From Patescibacteria group bacterium (GTDB lineage Bacteria > Patescibacteriota > Patescibacteriia > Patescibacteriales > JAQTRU01), in contig JAQTRU010000002.1 in assembly GCA_028711655.1 (NCBI GenBank), forward strand, positions 1 through 48,191: DNA of 48,191 bases, read 5' to 3'. A model generated the notes under the pieces. The model was given only the letters and a program-made list of their open reading frames with translations, was not told the DNA's origin and did not search any database. The position numbers were made by a program, and so were the translations under genes. Below are positions 32,225-41,100 of this stretch, piece after piece (positions within the stretch are counted from its first letter, which is position 1; every line of letters begins with the position of its first letter).

Positions 32225-33961
32225 ATGGATAAATTTGTCAGAGAAAAATTAAGGCTGATTGAAGTTAACCGGCTTCTGGTAAAAGGACGCTGGCTTTATA
32301 CGAGCGGCATTGTTTTGATTGGCGTAGCCTCAAAAATTTCCAGCGGTTTTTCCGAAAAAATTGTAGATTCGCCCAACACTAATTTTCCTTTGGTGCTTAT
32401 GGCGTCCATGGCGATTTGTTCTTATGGCCTGAATTTAATTTATTTTTTATATTTCCGCAACCCGGAAAAAATTTCTTTTGCCGGCGTCAAAATCATCAGT
32501 TTTTTCAATTTGACCATTGATTATATTTTTTATTTATTAATAATTTTTTATGCCGGCGGCTTAACCAGCATTTCTTTTCTTTATTTTTTTTACAACATTA
32601 TCGCTTCGGCTTTTTTTTATTCAATCGTCGGAGTTTTATTTATCTCCAGCCTTGCCAGTATTTTTTACGGCGGCTTGATACTTGCCCAGTACTTTGAAGT
32701 TATTCCTTTCTTTTCCCGCTATAATTTGGCCTATGAATACGCTTTGGCTTTTAATTATTCCGCAGTTGTCACCAATCTGATTGCCATTATTTTGAGTTTT
32801 TATATCACGGGGATGTTTGCCGGGCTGATTGCCAATTCTTTGAGAAAAAAGGAGAGGGAAATTATTGCCGAACGGGATAAAGGCAGGGCGATTATTTCCA
32901 ATTTGTCCGATGGCCTGGTTTTTGTCAACAAGGGAGGAATCATAGAGGCGGTTAACGCGAAAGCGGAAAAATTGCTTGATTTTAAGGCCAAAGAAATTTT
33001 GGGTAAAAAAGTAAAAAATATAAGCAAGAATAAAATTAATTTATTGGAGATTTTTAAAGATAAGTATGGGAAGAGAGGAGAGATGAAACCGGCCGGCCGA
33101 AGCGAGGATGTTTTAAAAATTTATACAATCACCATTGCGGATGAAGAAAGCAAATTGATCGGAACCGCGAAGATAATTCATGATATTTCCCGGGAAAAAT
33201 TTGTTGACAAAATGAAATCGGAATTTGTTATGATCGCCGGGCACCAGTTGAGAACCCCGCTTTCCGCCATCAAATGGGCTTTTGACTTGCTTATCCGCGG
33301 CAATTTCGGGAAGTTAGAGGCGAAGCAGAAAAAAGTTTTGGGGCAATGCGTTGATTACAATGAAAAATTGATAAAAATGGTGGATGATTTATTGGAAATT
33401 TTTTCCATTGAGGAAGGTAAATACCATTACCAGTTTAACAAAACCGATTTGGGCGAATTGGTAAGGGAGGCAAGCAAGCGTTATCAGGAGTTAGCCGGAG
33501 AAAAGGGCATTAAATTCAATCTGAAAATAGAAGAAAATTTGCCGGAAGTTAAGCTTGATTCTTATAAAATGAAGTTGGTGTTGGCCGGTTTGGTAGAGAA
33601 TGCCGTTACCTATATGGATAAGGGCGGGGAAGTAAGCGTTGATTGCCGCTTCAAAGACGGCAAAATTTTGATAGAGGTGAAGGATACCGGCATTGGCATA
33701 TCCAAAGAATCGCAAAAACAGGTTTTTACCAAATTTTTTCGCGGGGCCAATGCCCTAAGTTTTCAGCCGGAAGGCAACGGCCTGGGCTTGTTCGTGGCGA
33801 AAAATATCGTTGATTATCATGAAGGCAAAATTTGGTTTGCCAGCGAAACAGACAAAGGCACGACTTTTTATGTGGAATTGCCCTTGGATCCTCTAATAAT
33901 CGGAAAGCGCAAAAATGCGAATAAAAACGGAAATAACGGAAGAGGCTTAACGGAATTTTAA
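32225..33961 (+). CDS. sensor histidine kinase (multi-TM, PAS, HisKA, HATPase_c)
   Basis: About six TM helices, a PAS-like segment (ISNLSDGLVFVNKGGIIEAVNAKAEKLL), the H-box FVMIAGHQLRTPLSAI, and N, G1 and G2 boxes (VENAVTYMDKGG, DTGIGI, GNGLGL). Confidence 0.85.
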   Translation: MDKFVREKLRLIEVNRLLVKGRWLYTSGIVLIGVASKISSGFSEKIVDSPNTNFPLVLMASMAICSYGLNLIYFLYFRNPEKISFAGVKIISFFNLTIDYIFYLLIIFYAGGLTSISFLYFFYNIIASAFFYSIVGVLFISSLASIFYGGLILAQYFEVIPFFSRYNLAYEYALAFNYSAVVTNLIAIILSFYITGMFAGLIANSLRKKEREIIAERDKGRAIISNLSDGLVFVNKGGIIEAVNAKAEKLLDFKAKEILGKKVKNISKNKINLLEIFKDKYGKRGEMKPAGRSEDVLKIYTITIADEESKLIGTAKIIHDISREKFVDKMKSEFVMIAGHQLRTPLSAIKWAFDLLIRGNFGKLEAKQKKVLGQCVDYNEKLIKMVDDLLEIFSIEEGKYHYQFNKTDLGELVREASKRYQELAGEKGIKFNLKIEENLPEVKLDSYKMKLVLAGLVENAVTYMDKGGEVSVDCRFKDGKILIEVKDTGIGISKESQKQVFTKFFRGANALSFQPEGNGLGLFVAKNIVDYHEGKIWFASETDKGTTFYVELPLDPLIIGKRKNANKNGNNGRGLTEF

Positions 33962-34037
33962 ATTTTCGATTACCAATCCTTAATTAACTTCAGCCAGGGG
34001 CTACCCGCCTTTGGCGGAAATTACTAATTATCAATCT

Positions 34038-34448
34038 ATGGATTGCATTTTTTGCAAAATTATTTCCGGTGAAATTCCCTGCTATAAAGTTTATGAAGAT
34101 AAAGATACGTTAGCATTTTTGGACATTGCGCCGGTCAATCCCGGCCATACTTTAATCGTGCCGAAAAAACACTATGCCAATATAGAAGAAATTCCGGAAG
34201 GGGAATCAGCCGAAGTGATGGCGGCCATTAAGAAAGTGGGAAAAGCCATGAAAGATGGTTTGGGAGCGGAAGGCTATAATGTAATGGAAAACAACGATCC
34301 GGTTGCCGGACAAATTATTCCGCATTTGCATTTTCATATTATCCCGAGAAAGCCGGGAGACGGTTTAAAACTTTGGCCCCAGGGGAAGTATGCGGAAGGG
34401 GAAGCGGAGGAAATCGTGAAACGCCTGTCTGCCGATAGGCAGGCATAA
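34038..34448 (+). CDS. HIT-family nucleotide hydrolase/transferase
   Basis: MDCIFCKIISGEIP..KVYED and the histidine triad HLHFHIIPR. ATG 34038 is preferred to the track TTG 34011. The last eight codons and the stop lie in the shared repeat element. Confidence 0.85.
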   Translation: MDCIFCKIISGEIPCYKVYEDKDTLAFLDIAPVNPGHTLIVPKKHYANIEEIPEGESAEVMAAIKKVGKAMKDGLGAEGYNVMENNDPVAGQIIPHLHFHIIPRKPGDGLKLWPQGKYAEGEAEEIVKRLSADRQA

Positions 34449-34478
34449 CGCATAACGCATAACGCATAACGCATATCT
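34420..34478. repeat. second copy of the 28-nt hairpin element plus a (GCATAAC)x4 heptamer array
   Basis: AACGCCTGTCTGCCGATAGGCAGGCATA (34420-34447) is identical to 22245-22272, followed by ACGCATAACGCATAACGCATAACGCATATC. Confidence 0.8.
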
Positions 34479-34485
34479 CCTTATA

Positions 34486-34544
34486 GGATTCTTAGGATTA
34501 TTAAGATAGAATTTTTTTAAAATCCCAAGAATCCCAAAGATTCC
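34486..34544. repeat. GGATTCTTRGG-family repeat, inverted-arm (hairpin) copy
   Basis: GGATTCTTAGGATT (34486-34499) pairs 13/14 with AATCCCAAGAATCC (34521-34534); 21-nt A/T loop. Confidence 0.7.
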
Positions 34545-34592
34545 ACAGTTTAACTTTATGGACTTTTGACTTTATAACTTTATAACTAATTT

Positions 34593-35567
34593 ATGAAATT
34601 ATTAATAACCGGCGGGGCCGGCTTCATCGGTTCCAACTTTATCCATTATTGGTTTAAAAAATATCCGGAGGATAAAATTGTCAATCTGGATCTTTTGACA
34701 TACGCGGGCAATCTAGAAAATTTAAAAGACGTGGAGAATAACCCTAATTATGAATTTATTAAGGGAAATATTTGCGATGTTAAATTGGTTAACGAATTGG
34801 TAAAAGATATAGATGTTATTGTGCATTTTGCGGCCGAGTCGCATGTTGATCGCTCTATAATATCTAGCGAAGATTTTATAAAAACTAATGTTGAAGGTAC
34901 GCGTATTCTTTTAGATGCGGCTAAAAACAATAATAATATTCGTTTCCATCATATTTCTACTGATGAAGTCTTTGGCGCTTTGAGTTTTAATGACAATAAA
35001 TTTAACGAAAATACGCCTTATGATCCAAGAAGTCCTTATAGCGCTTCCAAAGCCGCTTCCGACCACCTGGTCCGGGCTTATTGGCACACCCACAAGCTTC
35101 CTATTACAATTTCCAATTGTTCCAATAATTATGGCCCTTGCCAATTTCCGGAAAAATTTATTCCCTTATTTATTACTAATTTGACGGAAAATAAAAAAGT
35201 GCCGGTTTATGGCGAAGGAAAAAATGTTCGAGATTGGATTCACGTTAACGATCACAATGCCGGCGTGGACGTAATTATAAAAAAAGGCAGAATCGGCGAG
35301 ACTTATTGTTTGGGCGGCAACAATGAATTAAGTAATTTAGAATTAACAAAAAAAATTTTAAAGGCCATGGGCAGAGATGAAAATATGATAGAATATGTAA
35401 CTGATCGCCCCGGGCATGATTTACGATACGGAGTTGATTTTTCCAAAGCCAAAACTGAATTGGGCTGGGAGCCGAAAATTAATTTTGAGGACGGCCTAAA
35501 GGAAACGATCGCTTGGTATAAAAATAATGAAAAGTGGTGGAAAAAATTGAAATCGCGCAATTTGTAA
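34593..35567 (+). CDS. rfbB: dTDP-glucose 4,6-dehydratase
   Basis: MKLLITGGAGFIGSNF, HFAAESHVDRSI, YSASKAASDHLV, CSNNYGP.QFPEK.IP. Confidence 0.9.
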   Translation: MKLLITGGAGFIGSNFIHYWFKKYPEDKIVNLDLLTYAGNLENLKDVENNPNYEFIKGNICDVKLVNELVKDIDVIVHFAAESHVDRSIISSEDFIKTNVEGTRILLDAAKNNNNIRFHHISTDEVFGALSFNDNKFNENTPYDPRSPYSASKAASDHLVRAYWHTHKLPITISNCSNNYGPCQFPEKFIPLFITNLTENKKVPVYGEGKNVRDWIHVNDHNAGVDVIIKKGRIGETYCLGGNNELSNLELTKKILKAMGRDENMIEYVTDRPGHDLRYGVDFSKAKTELGWEPKINFEDGLKETIAWYKNNEKWWKKLKSRNL

Positions 35568-35607
35568 CACATATCGCATATCGCGTATAGCATGATGTGT
35601 TTTTTTA
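35567..35607 (+). terminator. possible terminator built from CGCATATC-type units
   Basis: ACACAT...ATGTGT (6-bp stem, large loop) followed by TTTTTTT. Confidence 0.35.
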
Positions 35608-35625
35608 TTTAAAACAAAAGCAAAT

Positions 35626-36300
35626 ATGAGAAATATAAGGGTTATTTTTTTGATTGCGGCGTTAATCGCGGTCATTATCGGCGGGTTCTATTTTTTTGCT
35701 GATAAAGGGGAAGAGTTTTTTGGCCGGATAAAGAAAGAAATTAATGATTTGGCCAAAACCAAAACACTTGATATCCGAATGGCGCCGGCGGATTATGGGA
35801 CATTAAGGGGCGCCACCACTACGCCGGAAGAAATAGCCGGCTGGGGCGAATTTATCAACAATCGCGTGGGCTGGCGTTTTAGGTACCCCTTGGAAAATCT
35901 TACCCGAAATATAGATGAAATTATTAAATTTCCCAGCCACGAGGAGAATCAGCCGAAGAATGAGGATTTGCTGGAGTTTGCGGTTGGAGAAACGATTTTT
36001 AGGATTAGGACTTATTCCGAGGAAGGGACAAGCGCTATTGTTGCCTGGATTAAGGAATCGGGCAAATCAGTTTCCGCCGATATCGGCGATTACCATAAAT
36101 TTTTTATTGACGGGAATGACGCTTACAATTTGAAAGGCAAAACTTTCGCTTATACGTTGGTTAATAAAAATATTTATGAAATATCCGCTTATCGGGAAGA
36201 GGGAATATGGCTTGGCGTAAAAGACGAGCCCTTGTTTGAAAAATGGATTTCCACCATCAGTTTTTTCCCGGAAGTGAGGTGCTGGGAAAGGGCTTTATAA
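35626..36300 (+). CDS. hypothetical membrane-anchored protein
   Basis: Single N-terminal TM (VIFLIAALIAVIIGGFYFF) followed by a ~190-aa soluble domain; no motif recognised. Confidence 0.6.
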   Translation: MRNIRVIFLIAALIAVIIGGFYFFADKGEEFFGRIKKEINDLAKTKTLDIRMAPADYGTLRGATTTPEEIAGWGEFINNRVGWRFRYPLENLTRNIDEIIKFPSHEENQPKNEDLLEFAVGETIFRIRTYSEEGTSAIVAWIKESGKSVSADIGDYHKFFIDGNDAYNLKGKTFAYTLVNKNIYEISAYREEGIWLGVKDEPLFEKWISTISFFPEVRCWERAL

Positions 36301-36347
36301 TAATTGAAGAAGATAAAAAGCCACTTTAAAATTAGGCGGTTTTTTTA

Positions 36348-36377
36348 TTTACTTTTTATGGATGATTATGTTATAAT
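36348..36377 (+). promoter_or_regulatory. extended -10 promoter giving a near-leaderless transcript
   Basis: TTTACT, then TGtTATAAT at 36369-36377, 9 nt upstream of ATG 36387; no SD. Confidence 0.45.
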
Positions 36378-36386
36378 ATTATAGAA

Positions 36387-37910
36387 ATGTGGAAAAAAAT
36401 TATAATAATTTTCCTAATAATTTTTAATTTTTATGTATTTATGGCTCCCTACGAAGAAAAAGGAAAAATAATGAAATTTTTCAGTTATTTGTCCGATAAT
36501 ATTTTCTTTGTTTTTGCCGTTTTGGCCTTGGTCGGCCTGTCTTTGTCGGTTATCGGCTGGTTTTTTCTGCCGGCTTTTTTTAGCTTGGCGGTGTGCTTGG
36601 CGGTAGTTATCGGCTTGGCCGTGTTTGTTTCTTACAAAAAAAACGTCTCAATTCCCTTGGTAAGTATTATTTTAAAAAGGGAGTATTACCGCGCCAAATT
36701 TAAATATTTAAGCAAGAAAAACAAAAAAACGGGGAAACAATTTTTTATAAGATTTTATTTAAAAATTCTTTTTTATCTGATATTGCTTTTTGAAAATTCG
36801 GAGGAAGGCTTTAGCGCCGTGAAAGAAGAGGCGTTTTCCAGGCTTGACGAGATTCTTAGCAGGACCGAAGACGAAAAAATGGAAGAAAAATACAGGATAA
36901 TAAAAAGAAATATCGCCAGATTAAAGGCCGGAGAAAAACTTGACTCCGCTTCCCTGGCCGACCTGGAAAAAGAACTCTTTGAATTCTCCAAATTCAAACA
37001 GAAAAAAGCCACGGTTTTCTCTTTAACCGCCCTGACTATTATAATTATCACGACTGTTATCACCGGCCTGATATCTTCTTTTCTCTTCCCCGAAGTCTTT
37101 AAAACCCGAGCCGCTTCCTACGGCTTTATCCAGACCGACTGGTCCGGAGGCGTAAGTTCTGATTCGGCTACTCATTCTGATCAAACCGGCTGGACTAAAT
37201 ATTTTTCCAAAGACAATGTTTCCACCAGCACTCCCGGAGAATTATCCCTATCCCTCACCACTTCAGAAATTTGGTCCCAGACTTCGGACGAGGATTGGCA
37301 AACGCATGCTACGAGCAGTACTTATTATCTTGATGGCAGTGTGGGCATAGCTAAACCCAATGGTATAACCTGTTCTTCGGCTCTAGAATGTGATTCGGGT
37401 TTTTGCGTAGACGGTGTTTGTTGCGATGGAGTATGCGAAGGCGTGTGTAAAGCATGCAATTTAGAGGGAAGTGTAGGCACCTGCACCAACAGATCTGCGG
37501 ATGATACAACCGAAGGTTGTTCCGATAATTGTTATGACTGTGTTGACGGAGAGTGTGTGGCCGTCACCGAAGATAGTGACGGGACATGCGTTACCTGCAG
37601 GACATGCGTTGACGGATCATGTGTTAATAGGGCAATAGACACCCAACCAAGCGGCTGCAACAGTACTTGTCAATATTGCGACGGAAGCGGTAATTGTCGG
37701 ACAATGTATTTATCCCAAGCAGGCCCTCTTTGCCCCGAAGGCAATGCGCAAGGTGTTGGAGTAGCCGTTATATGCAAACCGAGTTTATATAATAATCTAT
37801 ATTATGCTCTTTGGAGCGGATATACATGCGGAGATTATATTTTCCCTGGCTATGATTGTGGCGGTGGGAATCCAAACGCTTTTGGGTATTCATATAGATG
37901 TTTATATTAG
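36387..37910 (+). CDS. membrane protein with coiled-coil segment and C-terminal cysteine-rich repeat domain
   Basis: N-terminal TM helices, a charged helical region, another TM, the QTDWSGG motif, then about 190 aa with more than 30 Cys in CxxxC/CxDGxC patterns (CDSGFCVDGVCCDGVCEGVCKAC, CYDCVDGECV, CVTCRTCVDGSCV, CQYCDGSGNC). Confidence 0.65.
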   Translation: MWKKIIIIFLIIFNFYVFMAPYEEKGKIMKFFSYLSDNIFFVFAVLALVGLSLSVIGWFFLPAFFSLAVCLAVVIGLAVFVSYKKNVSIPLVSIILKREYYRAKFKYLSKKNKKTGKQFFIRFYLKILFYLILLFENSEEGFSAVKEEAFSRLDEILSRTEDEKMEEKYRIIKRNIARLKAGEKLDSASLADLEKELFEFSKFKQKKATVFSLTALTIIIITTVITGLISSFLFPEVFKTRAASYGFIQTDWSGGVSSDSATHSDQTGWTKYFSKDNVSTSTPGELSLSLTTSEIWSQTSDEDWQTHATSSTYYLDGSVGIAKPNGITCSSALECDSGFCVDGVCCDGVCEGVCKACNLEGSVGTCTNRSADDTTEGCSDNCYDCVDGECVAVTEDSDGTCVTCRTCVDGSCVNRAIDTQPSGCNSTCQYCDGSGNCRTMYLSQAGPLCPEGNAQGVGVAVICKPSLYNNLYYALWSGYTCGDYIFPGYDCGGGNPNAFGYSYRCLY

Positions 37911-37995
37911 AAAATATAATTACGGCATTATCTTTTTTTGCCCGGCAGCAGTCTCCGTTAGGGTCTGCTGTATCGCCGGAATTTTAAGTAGCAGT

Positions 37996-38016
37996 CCCTG
38001 CCTACCGGCAGGCAGG
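37996..38016. repeat. GCCTGCC/GGCAGGC-family hairpin copy
   Basis: CCCTGCCTACCGGCAGGCAGG with stem CCTGCC/GGCAGG and loop TACC. Confidence 0.65.
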
Positions 38017-38047
38017 CTCTATCCGAGAAATTGCTGTTAGGTAAAAG

Positions 38048-38093
38048 TTTTGATGAGAGATAATATATTATTTTGATGAGAGATAATATATTA
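38048..38093 (+). repeat. perfect 23-bp tandem duplication upstream of the giant gene
   Basis: TTTTGATGAGAGATAATATATTA at 38048-38070 and again at 38071-38093. Each copy carries a TTGATG -35-like hexamer. Confidence 0.85.
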
Positions 38094-38110
38094 TATAGAT
38101 ACAATATCCC

Positions 38111-41100
38111 ATGCTAAATTTTTTTAAGCCAAAAATAACTATTATTTTTCCGGTTATAATAGCGGTTGTTTTTGGCTTTTTTTATTTTGCCAATCAAGCC
38201 AAAGCGGCTACGACCGGCACCACCACTTCCGCGGTTTATGACGCCGGTTCGGAAATTCCGACCAATATGCTTTCTTGGAGCGAAACTAAGCCGGCCAACA
38301 CTTCTATTGTTATGCAGGCAAGGGCCGGCAATGTGGCAGTTCCGGACGAAACCTGGACGAGCTGGATAACCGTTTCTAATGGCGTGCCAACAAATGATAT
38401 CGGCACTAAACGTTATTTGCAGTATCAAGCTATTTTAACCTCCGATGATGACGCTTCCTGGCCGTTTTTGAATGATGTTACCTGGGGTTACACAAATGTT
38501 TTGGGCAATTTGATTTCTTCGGCTTATGATTCCGGCGATGCAGCCAATGTTTTAGCCGGCATTGCTTGGACAGAAACTTTGCCCGGGAGTTCGGACATTA
38601 AATTTCAATTAAGGACCTCGCCTAACGGCAGCGACTGGGGCGCTTGGCTGGGGCCGACCGGCGCCGACGATTATTATACTGACCCGGCGGGCGGAGAAAC
38701 AATCAATTCTACTCATGCGGACACTAGCGACGACCAGTGGTTCCAATACAAAGTTTTCTTTATATCCGACGACGGCATTAACAATCCCACTTTATCCGAT
38801 GTTACTATAAGTTATGTGGTTAATGCCCCGCCTAGCATCCAAAATGTTACAGCCGTTCAGGGAAGTGACGGCGTAGTTGATATTAGTTATGAGATCAAGG
38901 ATACTGACGCCACTTCGGGAACAGTTACCAAAAATTATGTTACCCCCACTTTCCAATACTCCCTGAACGCCGGCTCGTCTTGGACCTCAATCGCCACCAC
39001 TTCCATAGACTTTGGCGACGCGCCGGAAAACGGAGAGGTGACCGATACTGATGGCGACGGGGATATTGATAATAAAGTTTTGGAAGATAGCTTTCTTACC
39101 TATACGGCTACCTGGGTTGCTTCTACCACTATTTCCGATGTTTATAGCGCCGAGTTTCAAATTAAGGTCATAATAAATGATAATGAGTTGGCGAATGCTA
39201 CGGCTAGCTCAACTTCCAGCTCCGGGATTTTGGATACAACCGCGCCGGCTTCTGCCAGTTTGAATATTTATGCCACATCTACTCCGGCAACTCTGGCGTT
39301 ATCCGCCACGGATGATTCAAGTATGCAGATGAGAATTTCCCTTGATAGCGGTTTTTCCGGCGCCAGCTGGGAAAATTACAGCGCGGAATCCACTATATCT
39401 CTGGCTACGGATCCGGATACGGTTTATGCGGAGTTCAAAGACGCTTATGGCAATGTAAGCGCGGTTAATGCGACTACTCCCCCTACGCCCCTCAATTCCA
39501 TGGTGCAGGATATTTCCAATTTGGCCCTGGATACCCCAACTTACGGCTTATTTATCGCCTGGGGAGTCGTTTCCGAACCTACTCATAGTTTTAGTTCATA
39601 TCAGGTTTACCATTCCACAGACGGTTCTACTTATACCCTAGAAAGCGCTATTACTGATAGAACCGAAAATTATTACGCCGATTTTGAATTAGTAGAGGAT
39701 AGTGTTCATTATTATAAAATTGTGACCATTGATGCTAATAGTAATACTTCCGGATATTCTTCTGTGGTTACCGGGACGGCTAACGGAGTTCAGGACGGGA
39801 CTGAAGGCGGCGGCGGCGTAGAAACGACTCCGCCGGTTATTTCCAGCGTTGCCTCTTCCGGCGTCACTACCCAGTCAGCCACGATTACTTGGGATACGGA
39901 CGAGTTGGCTGATTCCCGGGTGGAATATATCACTTCTTCCGGCGGCGATTTTTCCGGAGCTCCCTATGTTGGCGTGACTTCAATGTTGGATACCGCGGCT
40001 GGCGTCGGAGAGCATAGCGTTACTTTATCCGGCCTTTCTTCGGGCGCAACTTATTATTATAAAGTTAAGTCAACCGATGTATACGGTAATATGGCTTCCA
40101 GCACTTTGGGAGTGGACGGATATTCATTTACAACCCTTTCCGGACCGGTTATTTCCAATGTTTCAGCCGTTGAAACAGGCAATAATACGGCCAGGATTGA
40201 CTGGATAACGGATATTAGCAGTAATTCTTATGTCGTGTATTCAGCTAACTCGGACATGTCCGGCTCCACGGAAACGGGAACAACCGCGGAAGTAACTTCT
40301 CATTCAGTTACTATTTCTGAATTGACTGAAGGAACAAAATATTATTATTACGTTAAATCCGGAGTGGCTCAAGATAAAAATATTGTCAGCGGAATAGTTC
40401 AATATTATTCATTCACGACTTCCCTTGATTCAACCGCGCCGAACATTACCGCCGGTCCGACCGCCAGCCCGGTGGCGGACACTTCGGCGGTTATCAGCTG
40501 GACAACCAATGAAGCTTCCGATTCGCAGGTTGATTACGGTACGGTTTCCGGCAATTATACCCTCTCCGAGACTTCCTCCAGTTTAAATACCAGCCATGCT
40601 GTGGTTCTGTCCGATTTAACCGCCGATACGGTTTATTATTATAAAGTGACGTCAACCGACGCTAACGATAACGCCACCTCCAGCGCTGAATACAACTTCA
40701 CCACCCTGGAAACATTATCAGAAGAGAGCGCGGTAGCGGCGAGAGAAGAGATAGCCAGACAGGCCGGAGAAGACAGCGTGGAAACCACCAGCCCGGGCGG
40801 AGGCATTGTTTATGTCACTGTGCCCAGTTCCGGCGGCGATACTACCGCTCCGGCCATCAGCGATGTCAGTGTTTCAGACATAACTTCCGATTCAGCCATA
40901 GTTACCTGGAAAACCGACGAAAATTCCGATAGCTTCGTGGAGTACGGGGGATCTTATGGCTATGGCTATACCCAAGGGCAACGCGGCAGCGCAATGTCGC
41001 ATAGGGTTAAACTCAATTGGCTTTCTCCGCAAACCACTTATTATTACCGGGTTACTTCGGCTGATTCAGCCGGCAACTTGGCTCGAGGAACCGGCGCCAC

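Noticed and set aside
34445-34478. Possible CRISPR array (also considered for 27496-27596 and 8534-8617)
   Set aside because: The repeat units are only 7-10 nt, directly abutting or inverted, with no unique spacers of 25-40 nt, and no cas genes are in the window.
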